62,917 nucleotides of DNA from Octopus bimaculoides (taxonomy: Eukaryota). The stretch lies in contig NC_068989.1 in NCBI RefSeq assembly GCF_001194135.2, positions 49,895,229 to 49,958,145 on the forward strand, given 5' to 3'. Shown one piece after another: positions 37,552-50,029 of this stretch (position 1 is the first letter of the stretch; every line of letters begins with the position of its first letter). The translations under genes and the position numbers were made by a program. The notes under the pieces were generated by a model that saw nothing but the letters and a program-made list of their open reading frames with translations, was not told the origin of the DNA and made no database searches.

Positions 37552-38156
37552 AAGAGAGAGAGATAAACATATGTATATGTGCACACACATACATACACAC
37601 ACACACACATACAGCATATGTGCGTCTCTCTTTCTCCGTATCTTTGTAGGTGTAACAATGGATATACAAATATATTGTACATATTTCAAACATTAACGTT
37701 ATCTGATATAAATTTCACCTTTGGGTCTCATGACTAATGTCGTAACTCAGAGTAAAATGTCAACTTTTGATTCCCCCCTCCCCCGCCCCTCTACCCGCCA
37801 CTCATGTATATTAATGTGCGTATGCGTTATTTCGATTAGAATACATTTTTGTTTATGCTAATCGAAATAAGAGAAACGGAAATTTAAAAACGAGGTACCT
37901 TTTGACAAATCACCGAGAAACATATGCACCTATGATACACCACAGCTATTTGTACAGCATCTCACCTGCGAGGCATCGATGCATGATTGGTCGAAACCGT
38001 CGTAGTGAATACTGAAGAGTCTCATGAATTCCATAATCTTTATGTCATATTATATAAACTCTACGGCTACGACGGAATTTTTGAAGTAAATCCATTGGTA
38101 TTTAAATTTATACTTTCGATGCCATCAGGTAACAGAATACTATGAACGGGCTTTAA

Positions 38157-38377
38157 CCCTTTGGTGTTTAAGCCGGCCATATTCGGCCCAAATATCCTAC
38201 ATGATGTAGTTTCAAACTGGCCATATCTAGCCTCTCACACCTAACCTACATTGACATTCTAAGAATAAACTATCACACCATAGAAACTTCAAAGCTGTAA
38301 GATAATGTATGATTAATTTAAAACAATTTGAGTGAAAAAAGTATTACATTTAACAGATTAATCTGAACACTAATGGG
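38157..38377. mobile_element. piggyBac-type MITE (221 bp)
   Basis: TTAA|CCCTTTGGTGTTTA ... TGAACACTAATGGG|TTAA: TTAA duplication and CCC/GGG-ended imperfect TIRs. Confidence 0.75.
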
Positions 38378-38493
38378 TTAAACAGCGTATGTCAAGGTGT
38401 ATGCCCAAGTTTAAAATTACTACACACACAGACACACACGCACGCACGCACACACAAACGCACACACATGTATATTTCACATTAAAAAAAAGC

Positions 38494-38532
<39 letters not shown>

Positions 38533-38549
38533 TAGATAGATAGATAGAT

Positions 38550-38936
38550 AAGCGCAGGAGTGGTCTTGTGGTAAAAAGCTTGCTTCCCAACTATATAGTT
38601 CCAGGTTCAGTCCCACTTTGTGGCACTTTAGGAAAGTGTCTTCTACTATAGCCTCTGGCCGACCAAAGCCTTGTGAGTGGATTTGGTAGACAGAAACTTA
38701 AAAGAAACCCGATATATATATATGCATTTGTATGTCTGTGGTTGTCCGCCAACCATCGCTTGATAAATGACGTCGGTGTGTTACGTCCCAGTAAATTAGC
38801 GTTTCAGCAAAAGAGAACGATAGAATAAGTACTAGGCTTACAAAGAATAAATCTTGGGGTCGATTTGTTCGACTAAAGGCGGTTCTCCAGCATGGTCGCA
38901 GTCAAAATGACTGAAACAAGTACAAGAATAAAAGAA

Positions 38937-38938
<2 letters not shown>
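38550..38938 (+). mobile_element. tRNA-SINE family C, near full length
   Basis: GCGCAGGAGTGG...GGTTCAGTCCC head, central (TA)n, tail GGGGTCGATTTGTTCGACTAAAGGCGG...AAGAATAAAAGAATA. Confidence 0.85.
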
Positions 38939-38989
<51 letters not shown>

Positions 38990-40064
38990 TACGATTTTAT
39001 TTGAACTGAATCTGCAATCATAGTTTTATAAACATTCGATAGGGTTAATCCTTTTGAATAACTCGTGATTATTTGCTTATAGATAGTAAAGTAGCGATAC
39101 TTTTAAGTAAATATTCTATCCAATAGCCTTCAGTAATAAAGAACTTAGTCAGCCATATAACTCGAAGAATATCCAAGATACTGAAATGGAGCAATTATAG
39201 ATATGTAAATAAGCTGGGTAATAACAAGCAGAGCTACACTTGCAGAAATTATTCGAGGATAAGCTCCAGTGTACTGTAAAAAAGATATAACATAATTCCA
39301 CAATAAATATACGTATTCAATGAAGAAAATAAGGTGGTGTTACGTTGCAAGCAGCAGGATAAACTTGTTTTTAAAAAACAGAGCTGAAATCTACTTTGAC
39401 CAAATCAGAGTTGACACAACAATAGGAGAAATAGAAGCGGATGCACGACAATGCCAGCACCAACGGATCAACAAAGTAAATTAATCAATGGAAAAGTTAT
39501 ACGTTAGAGACTTCAGATATAAAATGTTATACTTCTACATAATATAACGAAAATATCTATAACCAGTTCAAATATAAAATAGTAATTTATGAACTAGAAC
39601 AAAGAAGGATGTGAGTGGAGTTATCAACAAAGTATATCACACTCGACATTGATTAAGTCAAAGGTATAAGTTAACGCTGAACAATTTAACACTTCCAGAA
39701 AACAGTACTCAGCGAGTTATACGCGATTACGCCACCAAAAAACCAAAGAACGAATACCGAAACGGCACATGCGAAAATTGTTGATATAAAATGTCAAAAA
39801 ATCCCTCAAGGAAACAGGATTTGAACGGTGGTATACTGATAAAGAAAAGTGAAACCGGTAAATTGAGCTTGTAAATAAAACAATGACAACCACAGAACAC
39901 GTTCTTAGCAACAAACGCTCTATATAAACAGCCAGAATACAGAAGTAATAAAAAACAATGTATATGAAAGCAGTTTGCAAAATCGAAAGAAGAAGCTTGT
40001 AATTCGAAACATGTAAAAGAGACTTTAAGCTTTAATAAACAATTAACCTTATACCATTCATTTA

Positions 40065-40411
40065 CCGTAAATTCCGGACTACAGAGCGCACCTGATTAAA
40101 AGCCGCATGCTCTAATTTTAGAAAGAAAATCAATTTTGTACTTGTACAGGCCGCACCGGATTTTAAGCCGCAGGTGTCCAACGTAATATGAGATATTTAT
40201 ACAGAAAGATATTACACGTAAGGACTTTTTAACTTTTAATTTAATCCGTACGGTAACATAAACAAACACATATTGCAGATGTTTTTTTTTTCGAACAGTG
40301 CCTGTAACACGGCTACCTTTAAATATACGTACGTACCAGTAACACACAAATTAAGTTGCTTATGGTTTTTTCACGAACAGTGCACGAACAACATTCCTAA
40401 CGATCGGTATG

Positions 40412-40444
<33 letters not shown>

Positions 40445-42016
40445 GCTGCAGCCTACCAGGTCAAAAGTCATTGATCGCTTTCTTCATCTTCTTCCTACGC
40501 ACTGAAACCATCAAAGTCCTCTTCTTCAGTGTCTGAATTGAACAGTCTCAGGTACTCGTCACTCACTTCAGCCTGTTCGTTGTCGCAATGACTTGAGCGC
40601 ACCCGGTCCTCTTCATCACGCAGCAGTCCAGCCTTTCGAAACCCGTTGGTGATGGTGGATGTTTTGACACGGCTCCACGTATTTAGGATCCAGTGGCAGA
40701 CTTGAGTGAAAGATGCTCTTCGCATGCGGCCTGTTTTGGTGAAGAATTTCTCGCCGCTCGTCATCCAGTCCTCCCACTCACGGCGCAGTGCCACTTTAAA
40801 TGCCCGGTTCAAGCTGATTTCCAGTGGCTGCAAATTCTTAGTGGTGCGCCCAGGAATCACAGCTGGAATTGAGTTTGTACTCTTGATGGCAGCTTTCACT
40901 GACTCTGTTATATGGTCCCTCATGCTATCCATAACGAGCAATGCTTTGTTTGTGTGAAAAAATCCCCGAGGTCAGTTGGCGTAGCACTCTCTGAGCTAAT
41001 TTATTCATTAAGCTCTCCATCATCCAGCTTTTCTTATTGACTTTCACCACGATTTCTTTTGGGAATTTTTCCTTTAGCATTGTCAGCCGCTTAAAAATCA
41101 CCATCGATGGAAGCTTTTAGTCCGGATGCTGTGCAGCTCAGAACACAGATAAAATGCGTTCTGTCATGGCCACTCGTTTTCAGTGTGATGGACGAGTCAC
41201 CTTTTTTATTAACAGTCCGAGTGAGAGGCAGGTCAAACGTCAAAGGTACTTCATCCATATTCATGATATTTTCTGGCCCGATGGAATCCTCCGCTATTTT
41301 TGTTTGAGTGAATATACGAAAGTTAACAAGATTTTCCTCGTAGTCGGAAGGGAGCTGCTGATACTAAGTCATGCGTGCCCTGACGGACAGGCCTTTTCTT
41401 CTCATAAATCTAAAACACCACGATGGCCCACTCCTAAAATCTTCGATTTTTATTTCGGTGGCGATTGTTTTAGCCTTCAGTCTGATCTGCACGGTGGAAA
41501 CACCGCAGCTTCTTGCTCTCCGTGTGTTAATCCAGTCTTCAAGAAAGTTTTTAAGTTCGGGCCATCTGCTATGGTTACGTCTGAAAGCTTTCGTCGTCTT
41601 TTTGCACTGACTCAGTTCTTCCTGCTGGCGTCTCCACCGTCTCACCATCGATTCATTTATGCCAAGTTTATGTGCAGCAGCTCGATTTCCTTCTTCAACC
41701 GCCAGATTGATCGCCTTCAGCTTAAAAGCTGCATCATATGCTTTTCTTCGAGTGTCTTCCATGTTGATGAGGGGGAATACAAATGACAGCTTTACATTAC
41801 CGGTAATTGAACTGTGAAAGTGCTCTTGATTAATTGCACAATTTCATTGGACCTCTGTGACCTACTCATCAATTTGATTGGTCTACTGTTGCGAGGCAAA
41901 ATGTTTTTCGCGGCATGACAAAAAAAAAAAAACATGCATTAGCCGCACCATAGTATTGGCCGCAATGTTCAAAGTGTGGGAAAAAAAAGTAGCGGCTTAT
42001 AGCCCGGAATTTACGG
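40065..42016 (-). mobile_element. pogo-family DNA transposon (POGK-like: Brinker DBD, CENP-B HTH, DDE_1), TIR to TIR, disrupted ORF
   Basis: TIRs CCGTAAATTCCGG(A/G)CTA with TA on both sides. ORF pieces MEDTRRKAYDAAFKLKAI (41364-41762), NMDEVPLTFD, and LVMDSM...LQPLEISLNRAFK (40495-40941). Confidence 0.95.
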
Positions 42017-42108
42017 TAGAACTCTTTCTTTCTTTCATAAAGTGTAATATTCGATAAATACATACATATATATGTACACACACACACGCACGCCCCCCCA
42101 CACACACA

Positions 42109-42187
42109 CGAGGGCTGAAACGTCCCTGGCTTTAAGGATATCGCAAAAGGCCTGGCTGGAGTTCCAACCTTCCGAGTTCTTTTACAG
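42109..42187 (+). mobile_element. mariner-derived MITE, left end (cut by gap)
   Basis: CGAGGGCTGAAA...CCAACCTTCCGAGTTCTTTTACAG; paralog of 52421-52622. Confidence 0.65.
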
Positions 42188-42529
42188 NNNNNNNNNNNNN
42201 NNNNNNNNNNNNNNNNNNNNNNNNNNNNNNNNNNNNNNNNNNNNNNNNNNNNNNNNNNNNNNNNNNNNNNNNNNNNNNNNNNNNNNNNNNNNNNNNNNNN
42301 NNNNNNNNNNNNNNNNNNNNNNNNNNNNNNNNNNNNNNNNNNNNNNNNNNNNNNNNNNNNNNNNNNNNNNNNNNNNNNNNNNNNNNNNNNNNNNNNNNNN
42401 NNNNNNNNNNNNNNNNNNNNNNNNNNNNNNNNNNNNNNNNNNNNNNNNNNNNNNNNNNNNNNNNNNNNNNNNNNNNNNNNNNNNNNNNNNNNNNNNNNNN
42501 NNNNNNNNNNNNNNNNNNNNNNNNNNNNN

Positions 42530-42600
<71 letters not shown>

Positions 42601-42971
42601 TTTCTACTTTGAATACTAGATTTGAAATTTGGTCTGAAGGAGCTAGTCAATTACATCAATTCAAGAGCTCAAATGATGGTACACATTTTATCGACCACAA
42701 AAAAATTAAAGGTGTCTTCAATAGAAGTTGAACACAGGACATGAAGACGTACGAAATGCCGATAAACTGAATGGTATAGAGCACTCAGCCGGAATTTGAG
42801 AAACGCAGGCTTCGATCCTTTATAGAGTCTTGCTTGTCACTTTTTAGTGTCTTCTAAATACCATTTACACGATTCTATAAACTGTCTTCACAGCGTTCCT
42901 GCGTTCGAGGATTTCTCGACTCACTCGGCACTTATAAAGCTTGTTTACTGTGTGCGTGTGTGTGTGCATGC

Positions 42972-43005
<34 letters not shown>

Positions 43006-44109
43006 ATGTATATATATATGCAACAACATCGAAAGTCTGGTCGGTCATGTGAACACATGACATATCTATGTGTGTGAGTGTGTTCTTGTACGTGTATATA
43101 TATATATATGTAGGTAAGTATGAGTACGTATATATATAAGCATGTATATGCGTGTAAATGCAAAGGTAAATATATATANNNNNNNNNNNNNNNNNNNNNN
43201 NNNNNNNNNNNNNNNNNNNNNNNNNNNNNNNNNNNNNNNNNNNNNNNNNNNNNNNNNNNNNNNNNNNNNNNNNNNNNNNNNNNNNNNNNNNNNNNNNNNN
43301 NNNNNNNNNNNNNNNNNNNNNNNNNNNNNNNNNNNNNNNNNNNNNNNNNNNNNNNNNNNNNNNNNNNNNNNNNNNNNNNNNNNNNNNNNNNNNNNNNNNN
43401 NNNNNNNNNNNNNNNNNNNNNNNNNNNNNNNNNNNNNNNNNNNNNNNNNNNNNNNNNNNNNNNNNNNNNNNNNNNNNNNNNNNNNNNNNNNNNNNNNNNN
43501 NNNNNNNNNNNNNNNNNNNNNNNNNNNNNNNNNNNNNNNNNNNNNNNNNNNNNNNNNNNNNNNNNNNNNNNNNNNNNNNNNNNNNNNNNNNNNNNNNNNN
43601 NNNNNNNNNNNNNNNNNNNNNNNNNNNNNNNNNNNNNNNNNNNATATATAAATACATACATACATACACCACAAAGGCACACATCCACGAACGCACACCC
43701 ACGCATGCACACACATGAAATAGTCGGAATTGTCTGTTGAAGAATTGCTTTTTCATCCATACATAGCCTTTGTGAAATCTGTGTGGGCCGATATTCAATT
43801 TAACACAGCATCAAACAATTTTCATAACTTTAGGTCTGACGTCTTTTAAAGTAATGAATTTTTTGAATGGAAACCTTTGAAAGCGCAGTGTGCTAACCAC
43901 ACTTCACAAAAGCAACTGAGATTTATATTATTGAATAAGAACATGTAATACATGATAGGCTCTAAATTATTTTCCAGCATATTTCTTGCAAATAACACGC
44001 ACCATCTCATGCAATGAAACATATATGCACTCGCATAAGCATATGTATTCACATACAACAAATACACTTATACACATATTTCCGTATACTTGCATGAAAT
44101 ATCAGATCT

Positions 44110-44119
44110 GCCTATCTAC

Positions 44120-44174
<55 letters not shown>

Positions 44175-44213
44175 CCTACCCATCGATCTATCTATCTATC
44201 TATCTATCTACCC

Positions 44214-44275
<62 letters not shown>

Positions 44276-44276
44276 A

Positions 44277-44307
<31 letters not shown>

Positions 44308-44345
44308 GTTGCTGTCTGTTTGTCTGTCTGTCTTTCTTGCTGTCT
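44110..44345. repeat. (TATC)n-(TGTC)n compound microsatellite
   Basis: Direct observation. Confidence 0.95.
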
Positions 44346-44459
44346 GTCTGTTTGGGAGATGTGTGAGTATGTTTAGTTTTGTGCGGTCCTTGAAGAAATT
44401 ACTAGTGAAAAAAGAAAACGAGATTTGTATTATGCAATTCGTATTACATGAAATATTGG

Positions 44460-44630
44460 TTTCGAATTTTAGCACAAGGCCAGCATATTTGGGGTAGGGA
44501 GCAAGTCGATTACATCGACCCCCAGTGCTCATCTAGTATTTATGTAATCGACCCCCGGCGGAATCTTAATTCAGACAATGAAGACGGACGAAATGCTGCT
44601 AAGCATTTATCCGACGTTCTAAATCATCCT
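44460..44630 (-). mobile_element. SINE family A with internal deletion
   Basis: Tail and head present; the TTTGCCTTTCATCC block is missing. Confidence 0.75.
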
Positions 44631-45312
44631 CTTACACCGTCTCCGATGAAGGGATATAATAAATATCCTGGAAACAGCTGTAAGACATTCTATTTATAAA
44701 TGTTCTATATTATACACAGCCTTGGTCTTTTATCTCATTACGAAAAGTAAATCTTTATATATATACAGACAAAACATACAAATATAATATACATGCATAC
44801 ATATATATACATATGCATAAATATACAAATACACATAATATAATGATACTTTTTAAATGAAAATAGCACCTTCACTTATACATACATACAGAAACAAACT
44901 CAGAGTCATCGAAAAATATGCATCTGTATATATACACACTAATTCTAACGAATAAATCTTTTGCACTTATTCACTTTTTCTTCCACGACAATACAAAATA
45001 AGTTTATTTCATGCGAATGGCTCCATTTTATAATCATACAGGGTAAATATTCAACAAAATAAAATTTACAAGAACTTTCCTTGTCAAATTGGTATCGAAT
45101 ATGTATATCTGACATTTTCGACAACATTCACATCCCTGTTCATTCATTAGGAGAAACTCGAGTAAACTGTCATTTTATGATTTATTAAACATGTATGTAT
45201 GTATGTATGTATATGTGTGTGTGTATGTATGTTATGTATATATATATATTGTATATAAGCACAAACACACACACACACATAAATACATACGTATATGCAT
45301 ACACGTATACCA

Positions 45313-45434
45313 CGACCCTGGACAAATGGAAAGCAAAGTTGACCTCACTAACATTTGAACTCAGAACGTAAAAAGCCGGAATAAAATACCATAGACCATC
45401 TTTTCGGACGCTCGAACGATTCTGCCAGCTTGCC
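45313..45434 (-). mobile_element. SINE family A, 5' half
   Basis: AAGCAAAGTTGACCTC...TTTGAACTCAGAACGT...TTCTGCCAGCT. Confidence 0.75.
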
Positions 45435-45534
45435 AAATAAGGAATAAGCATGTTGCTAATTTGGGAACCAAACCAACACGTTTGTGGTGAGCGTTGGTCA
45501 ATATCATTGACCAGTACTCGAGTGGGACAATATT

Positions 45535-45743
45535 GAAGGCGGCGAGCTGGCAGAATTGTTAGCAGGCTGGGTGAAACGCTTAGCTGTATTTCGTCCGTTG
45601 TTACGTTCTGAGTTCAAATTCCGCCGAGATCGTTTTTTACCTTTCATCCTTTCGGGGTCGATAAATTAAATACAAATAAATCACTGAGGTCGACGTAATC
45701 GACTTAATCCCATCCCCTTGTGCTGATAGAATTAAGGATTATT
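45535..45743 (+). mobile_element. SINE family A
   Basis: GAAGGCGGCGAGCTGGCAGAA head, core, shortened tail. Confidence 0.9.
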
Positions 45744-46029
45744 TTATCGATCTGTTAGTATTTTACGGTTATAAGAAATTTTTATTGAACATGAAATTAA
45801 CTGTAAATGTTTTAAATCCCCCAAAAATCATGCTACAGAAGATATGAGTTTATTACTTGCTGATTGTTGTTGCTGTTGTTCCTGTTCCAGGGTCAGCTCT
45901 GATGAAGCAAACCCTCTTATGGTCAAAAGTGTTCCAGTCATAATCATCATTTCGTTCTTAAAACATTAGTATCTCTTTTATTTTCTAGTTTTTAAATGTT
46001 TCAGTCATTAGACCGTGGCCATGCTGGAG

Positions 46030-46295
46030 CACCAATTTTAGGATTTAGTCATACAAATCGAACCCAGTACTTATTTCGAAGTCTGGTACGTATTCTATCA
46101 TTCTCTATGACGAGCCGCTAAGTTACCCAAGCAAAAAGCCAACCGACACTGGTTTAAGAGGTGGCGGTGGACAAACACACGCGTGCATATAGGACGGGCT
46201 TTTACATAGCTTCTGTCTACTAAATTCCCGGAGCTCAAATGCTGCACATTGGGACTGAACCCGAAACTACCTTGTTGCAGAGATAACTTCTTAGT
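46030..46295 (-). mobile_element. tRNA-SINE family C, degraded with deletion
   Basis: GGGACTGAACCC B box in reverse; tail homologous to 38.8-38.9 kb. Confidence 0.6.
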
Positions 46296-46798
46296 CACAC
46301 ATTACTCAATGTGTTCTTTAATGACATTATCGTGTGATTGTAGGGGAGATTTTGGCTGTTGTGTCTGGCTCACTCAGGACTCGTCACACCAAGGTTGTTG
46401 TCGTTATTGCTATTGATTACTTTGATTAGCACTGAGTCAGCCCTGACCGATCAGGCGTATGGCCAAAATCACCCCAGCCTTGAGCATTCCATCTCTTATT
46501 CGGTCAAAGAGTTTCTAGAATCACATTAAACGATACCATCCCCTATATAAGACGGTGTTGGGGTGACTTGAAGGAGAATTGGCTGCTATTTAATCAGGTC
46601 GATTGATCGCGTAGATGCTCTGTACCTATTGTGGTTATAATATTTGGCGTCGAATCTGCTTTCCAATATTTTCTTTAGATTCTTTCAATAGCCAGAAATA
46701 GAAGACATCACTTGCAGAAAACTTACAAACAAAGAATTTGGCAAGTTACTTAATCGGTCAGTATAAAATCATATGCCCTCTCCCTCTGCTTCTCCCCA

Positions 46799-46829
<31 letters not shown>

Positions 46830-48443
46830 CATTTGTCTAACATACACTGTTGCCAGCTTGCCAATCTGAAATACACACACACACACATGCGTGAATACAT
46901 GCATACATATATATAAACATACATTTGATTGCGCATGTGTGTATGTATATATATATATATATATGTGTTTGTATGCATATGTGTAAGTTTTTATGATATT
47001 AAGAATATACAAAGCGTATTCAATAGTTTTTATTAATTTATTATCTATTCATAGCGATAAACATATTGTTTCAAATATCACGCAGTCACGCACACTTATG
47101 CCTACGCACATAATCATGCACACTCACATAGAAGTACATTCCCAGACAGGCACATCTGTTTACATATAAGTACATATACACATGTATACATAAGATACAA
47201 AGAGAGGAACTCGCTTTGCTATGAGTTCTAAACTTCAGATTGAAGTGTTGGCGGAACATCATGATGTACAGCATGTTTGGAGCATTTGAATTTCATAAAG
47301 CTCTTCATCTTTTATCAGGCCGGATCAGACATGATTTCTTCAAGAGAAATACATAAAACGAGAAAAAGGTAAAAGATAGAAACGAGAAGAAACAGCTTTG
47401 TACCAGACTGCCAATTTATTTATCAACTTCTCAGTGAGGAAATGCAAAGTTACCCTTAATGGGGTTTGAACTCAGCGAACTAGATTGAGTACTACAAGTA
47501 CGACTAGAGGGGGCAGAAATACATAAAACAAACTTTAAACCACCACGCTTTATCTATTGTTATATATATTATCATATAAGTGCGCTTGGCGATAAAATGA
47601 GGCATTCATCTCCTTTGATCACCATTCAGTAATACATAAACTTCTCAACACTATCTTAATCAAAAATTAAAAAAACATTGGCTATCAAGTAGCTTGTCAT
47701 GTCGTCTGTATAAAACCACACTAACATTGAAATTTCTAGAATAAAGCACCAAAGAATCTGTTATTTACAATCGCTGGTTTTAAAATCTACATGCGCAACT
47801 TTCTCACATATGCACAATGCCTGACATGCAGAAGCTGTTACAATAATTTCTTTCTACTATTCTCCAAACAGAGTTGCACAACTACTCCAAATCTTCATAA
47901 TTCATATAGAAACCTAGTTCCAAAGCAATAATCTGAAAATGACTATCTGGCACATCTAATTCTCCTTTCTTATAAGGCAGTCTAATTATCACTCTTAAAA
48001 ATATAAGCATATGACATATAAACACTCAAACAAACAGATATGCTAACACAAAATTCAACACAACGAAAACATTGAAAACATGAATAGAAAATGTAGCAAT
48101 GAAACCAAAATGCACGGATCTTTAGAGCAATCACACACGATACATTTGGCCAACAAAAATAATTCATGAACAATAATATAAAAACACTGTATTAGAGCTA
48201 TCATGGCCAATGTTAGTTTGACTTGCACTACCTCTCACTCCATAGCAAACTATAACATACTAAAAAGTACAAAAGAATAATACATTCTACATCATACAAA
48301 CATATAATCTACACAAGACGACCAAATGACAGTAAAATTGAAATTCCATCCTGAAATGTGGGAGGTACGGTTTGTTGTCGTGGCAAGCATCAAACATCAT
48401 GGTTTCTGCACCTATATCCAATTCAAATTTCCAGTCATGTCTA

Positions 48444-49689
48444 CGACGGTCGGCTGAAAAGTTCATAGGCTGCTAAAGATATTCTCATGGAATTTGATCA
48501 AATGGGGTTTATTTTTCCCCATAGACTCCCTTGCAGTTCAGGCATTTCTTCCATCGGCGTTGCAGTGCATGGATCTCATTGGTGAAGGAGCTTTCATCCT
48601 GTTGGTCGCAAAATTGAACAGCAGATATGACATCATCATCACTGCGATACTAGTTCCCAGTCTAGTGTTTTATATGTTGGGGAACAGGTAATAGTCAGAT
48701 AACGCCCAATTAGGAGAGTGGTGGGGTTGTTGACCAGTTCAAAGCCACAGTAACGCGCAGCAGCCATTGAAATTAAGGACTCGTGCGCTGGGGTATTGTC
48801 CTGATGACAAGACAACAACCGTCATTTCTCCTGGGCGTTTGGTCTTGACAGCCTTTCGTAACTGTCTCAGCAAGTTGACATAGTACTCTTCACTGATAGT
48901 GTGGCTCTTTTCAAAGTGGTCAATTGACAGAAATTCGTTTTGCACCCCAAAAAACTGAGGCTGTCTCATTTCCTGCACATGAAACGATCTTGGCCTTCTT
49001 CGGAGCAGGTGAGGAGGAGTGTTTTCACTGCATGCATTGTCTCTTTGTATATGGCTCAGAGTAATGAATCCAACACTCATACTGGCTTAGAAAACGTTCG
49101 AGGAAACCTGCTAAAGCAATGTCAGATTTTGCTGTGATGTTATCAGCCGAGTGATCAGGAATCAGGTGACATGGTATCCACCGAGTAGAAATCTACGTCA
49201 TGCAAGTTCATTGTGCAGAATATTCTCACTGTATATGCCAATAGCATTGGCTATTTGATTTATAGTTAATCTCCCGTCATCCATCGTCATGTCGTGAAGA
49301 CGATCATTCTTTTCTTCGGTGGTAGTAGTTGCAGGAGGTCCGGACCGCACGTCATCTTCAAAATTCACTCGCCCTCTCCTAAATTCAGTTGCCCGCTTTT
49401 GTACTGTGGATAAAGCTGTAGCGTCGTCTCCTAATGTAGTAACCATATCAGCATGATTGTCCTTGGTGGGATAAGCCCCTTTTCTTCAGGTACTTGATAG
49501 CACCACGATTTTCAAGAGAAGTCGCTATCAGCTACTTTTGAAGTCTTCTTTGAATAGTCGGATGTCCGTTTATCTGGAAAGAAACAATGCAGTTATTAAT
49601 AAGAAAAGCTGCAATAAATGCAGGCAAGATTTCACAACTTACGTATCATTCCTTCATAGTCAACCTAGGAACTTTTCAGCCCACCTTCG
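48444..49689 (-). mobile_element. mariner transposon, TIR to TIR, degraded transposase
   Basis: TIRs CGA(C/A)GGT(C/G)GGCTGAAAAGTTC(A/C)TAGG with TA on both sides. EFRRGRVNFEDDVRSGPP and YYVNLLRQLRKAVKTKRPG. Confidence 0.92.
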
Positions 49690-49797
49690 TAGCATGTGTT
49701 TACACATTCTGAGTGGGCACCAAATATTTTGAGAGGGGTCAGTCCTTTTTTGATGTGGGGTTGGGCAGGCTACAATGAATTTTAATACTTAGTTACT

Positions 49798-50029
49798 TAT
49801 TTCTTTATTGCCCACAAGGGATTAAACATAGAGGGAACAAACAAGGACAGACAAAGGGATTAAGTCGATTACATCGACCCCAATACGCAACTGGTACTTA
49901 ATTTATCGACCCTGAAAGGATGAAAGGCAAAGTCGACCTCGGCGGAATTAGAACTCAGAACGTAACGACAGACGAAATACTGCTAAGCATTTCGCCCGTT
50001 GTGCCAACGTTTCTGCCAGCTCACCGCCC
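49798..50029 (-). mobile_element. SINE family A with alternative 3' tail and 8-bp TSD
   Basis: TAGTTACT at 49790-49797 and 50030-50037. Tail CCCTTTGTCTGTCCTTGTTTG...CTTGTGGGCAATAAAGAAATA differs from other copies. Confidence 0.9.

Noticed and set aside
39010-40020. Purine-rich, coding-looking stretch
   Set aside because: Stops in all frames and no recognisable motif; probably an old TE relic that I cannot classify.
41154-41786. 210-aa plus-strand ORF
   Set aside because: Antisense shadow of the pogo transposase.
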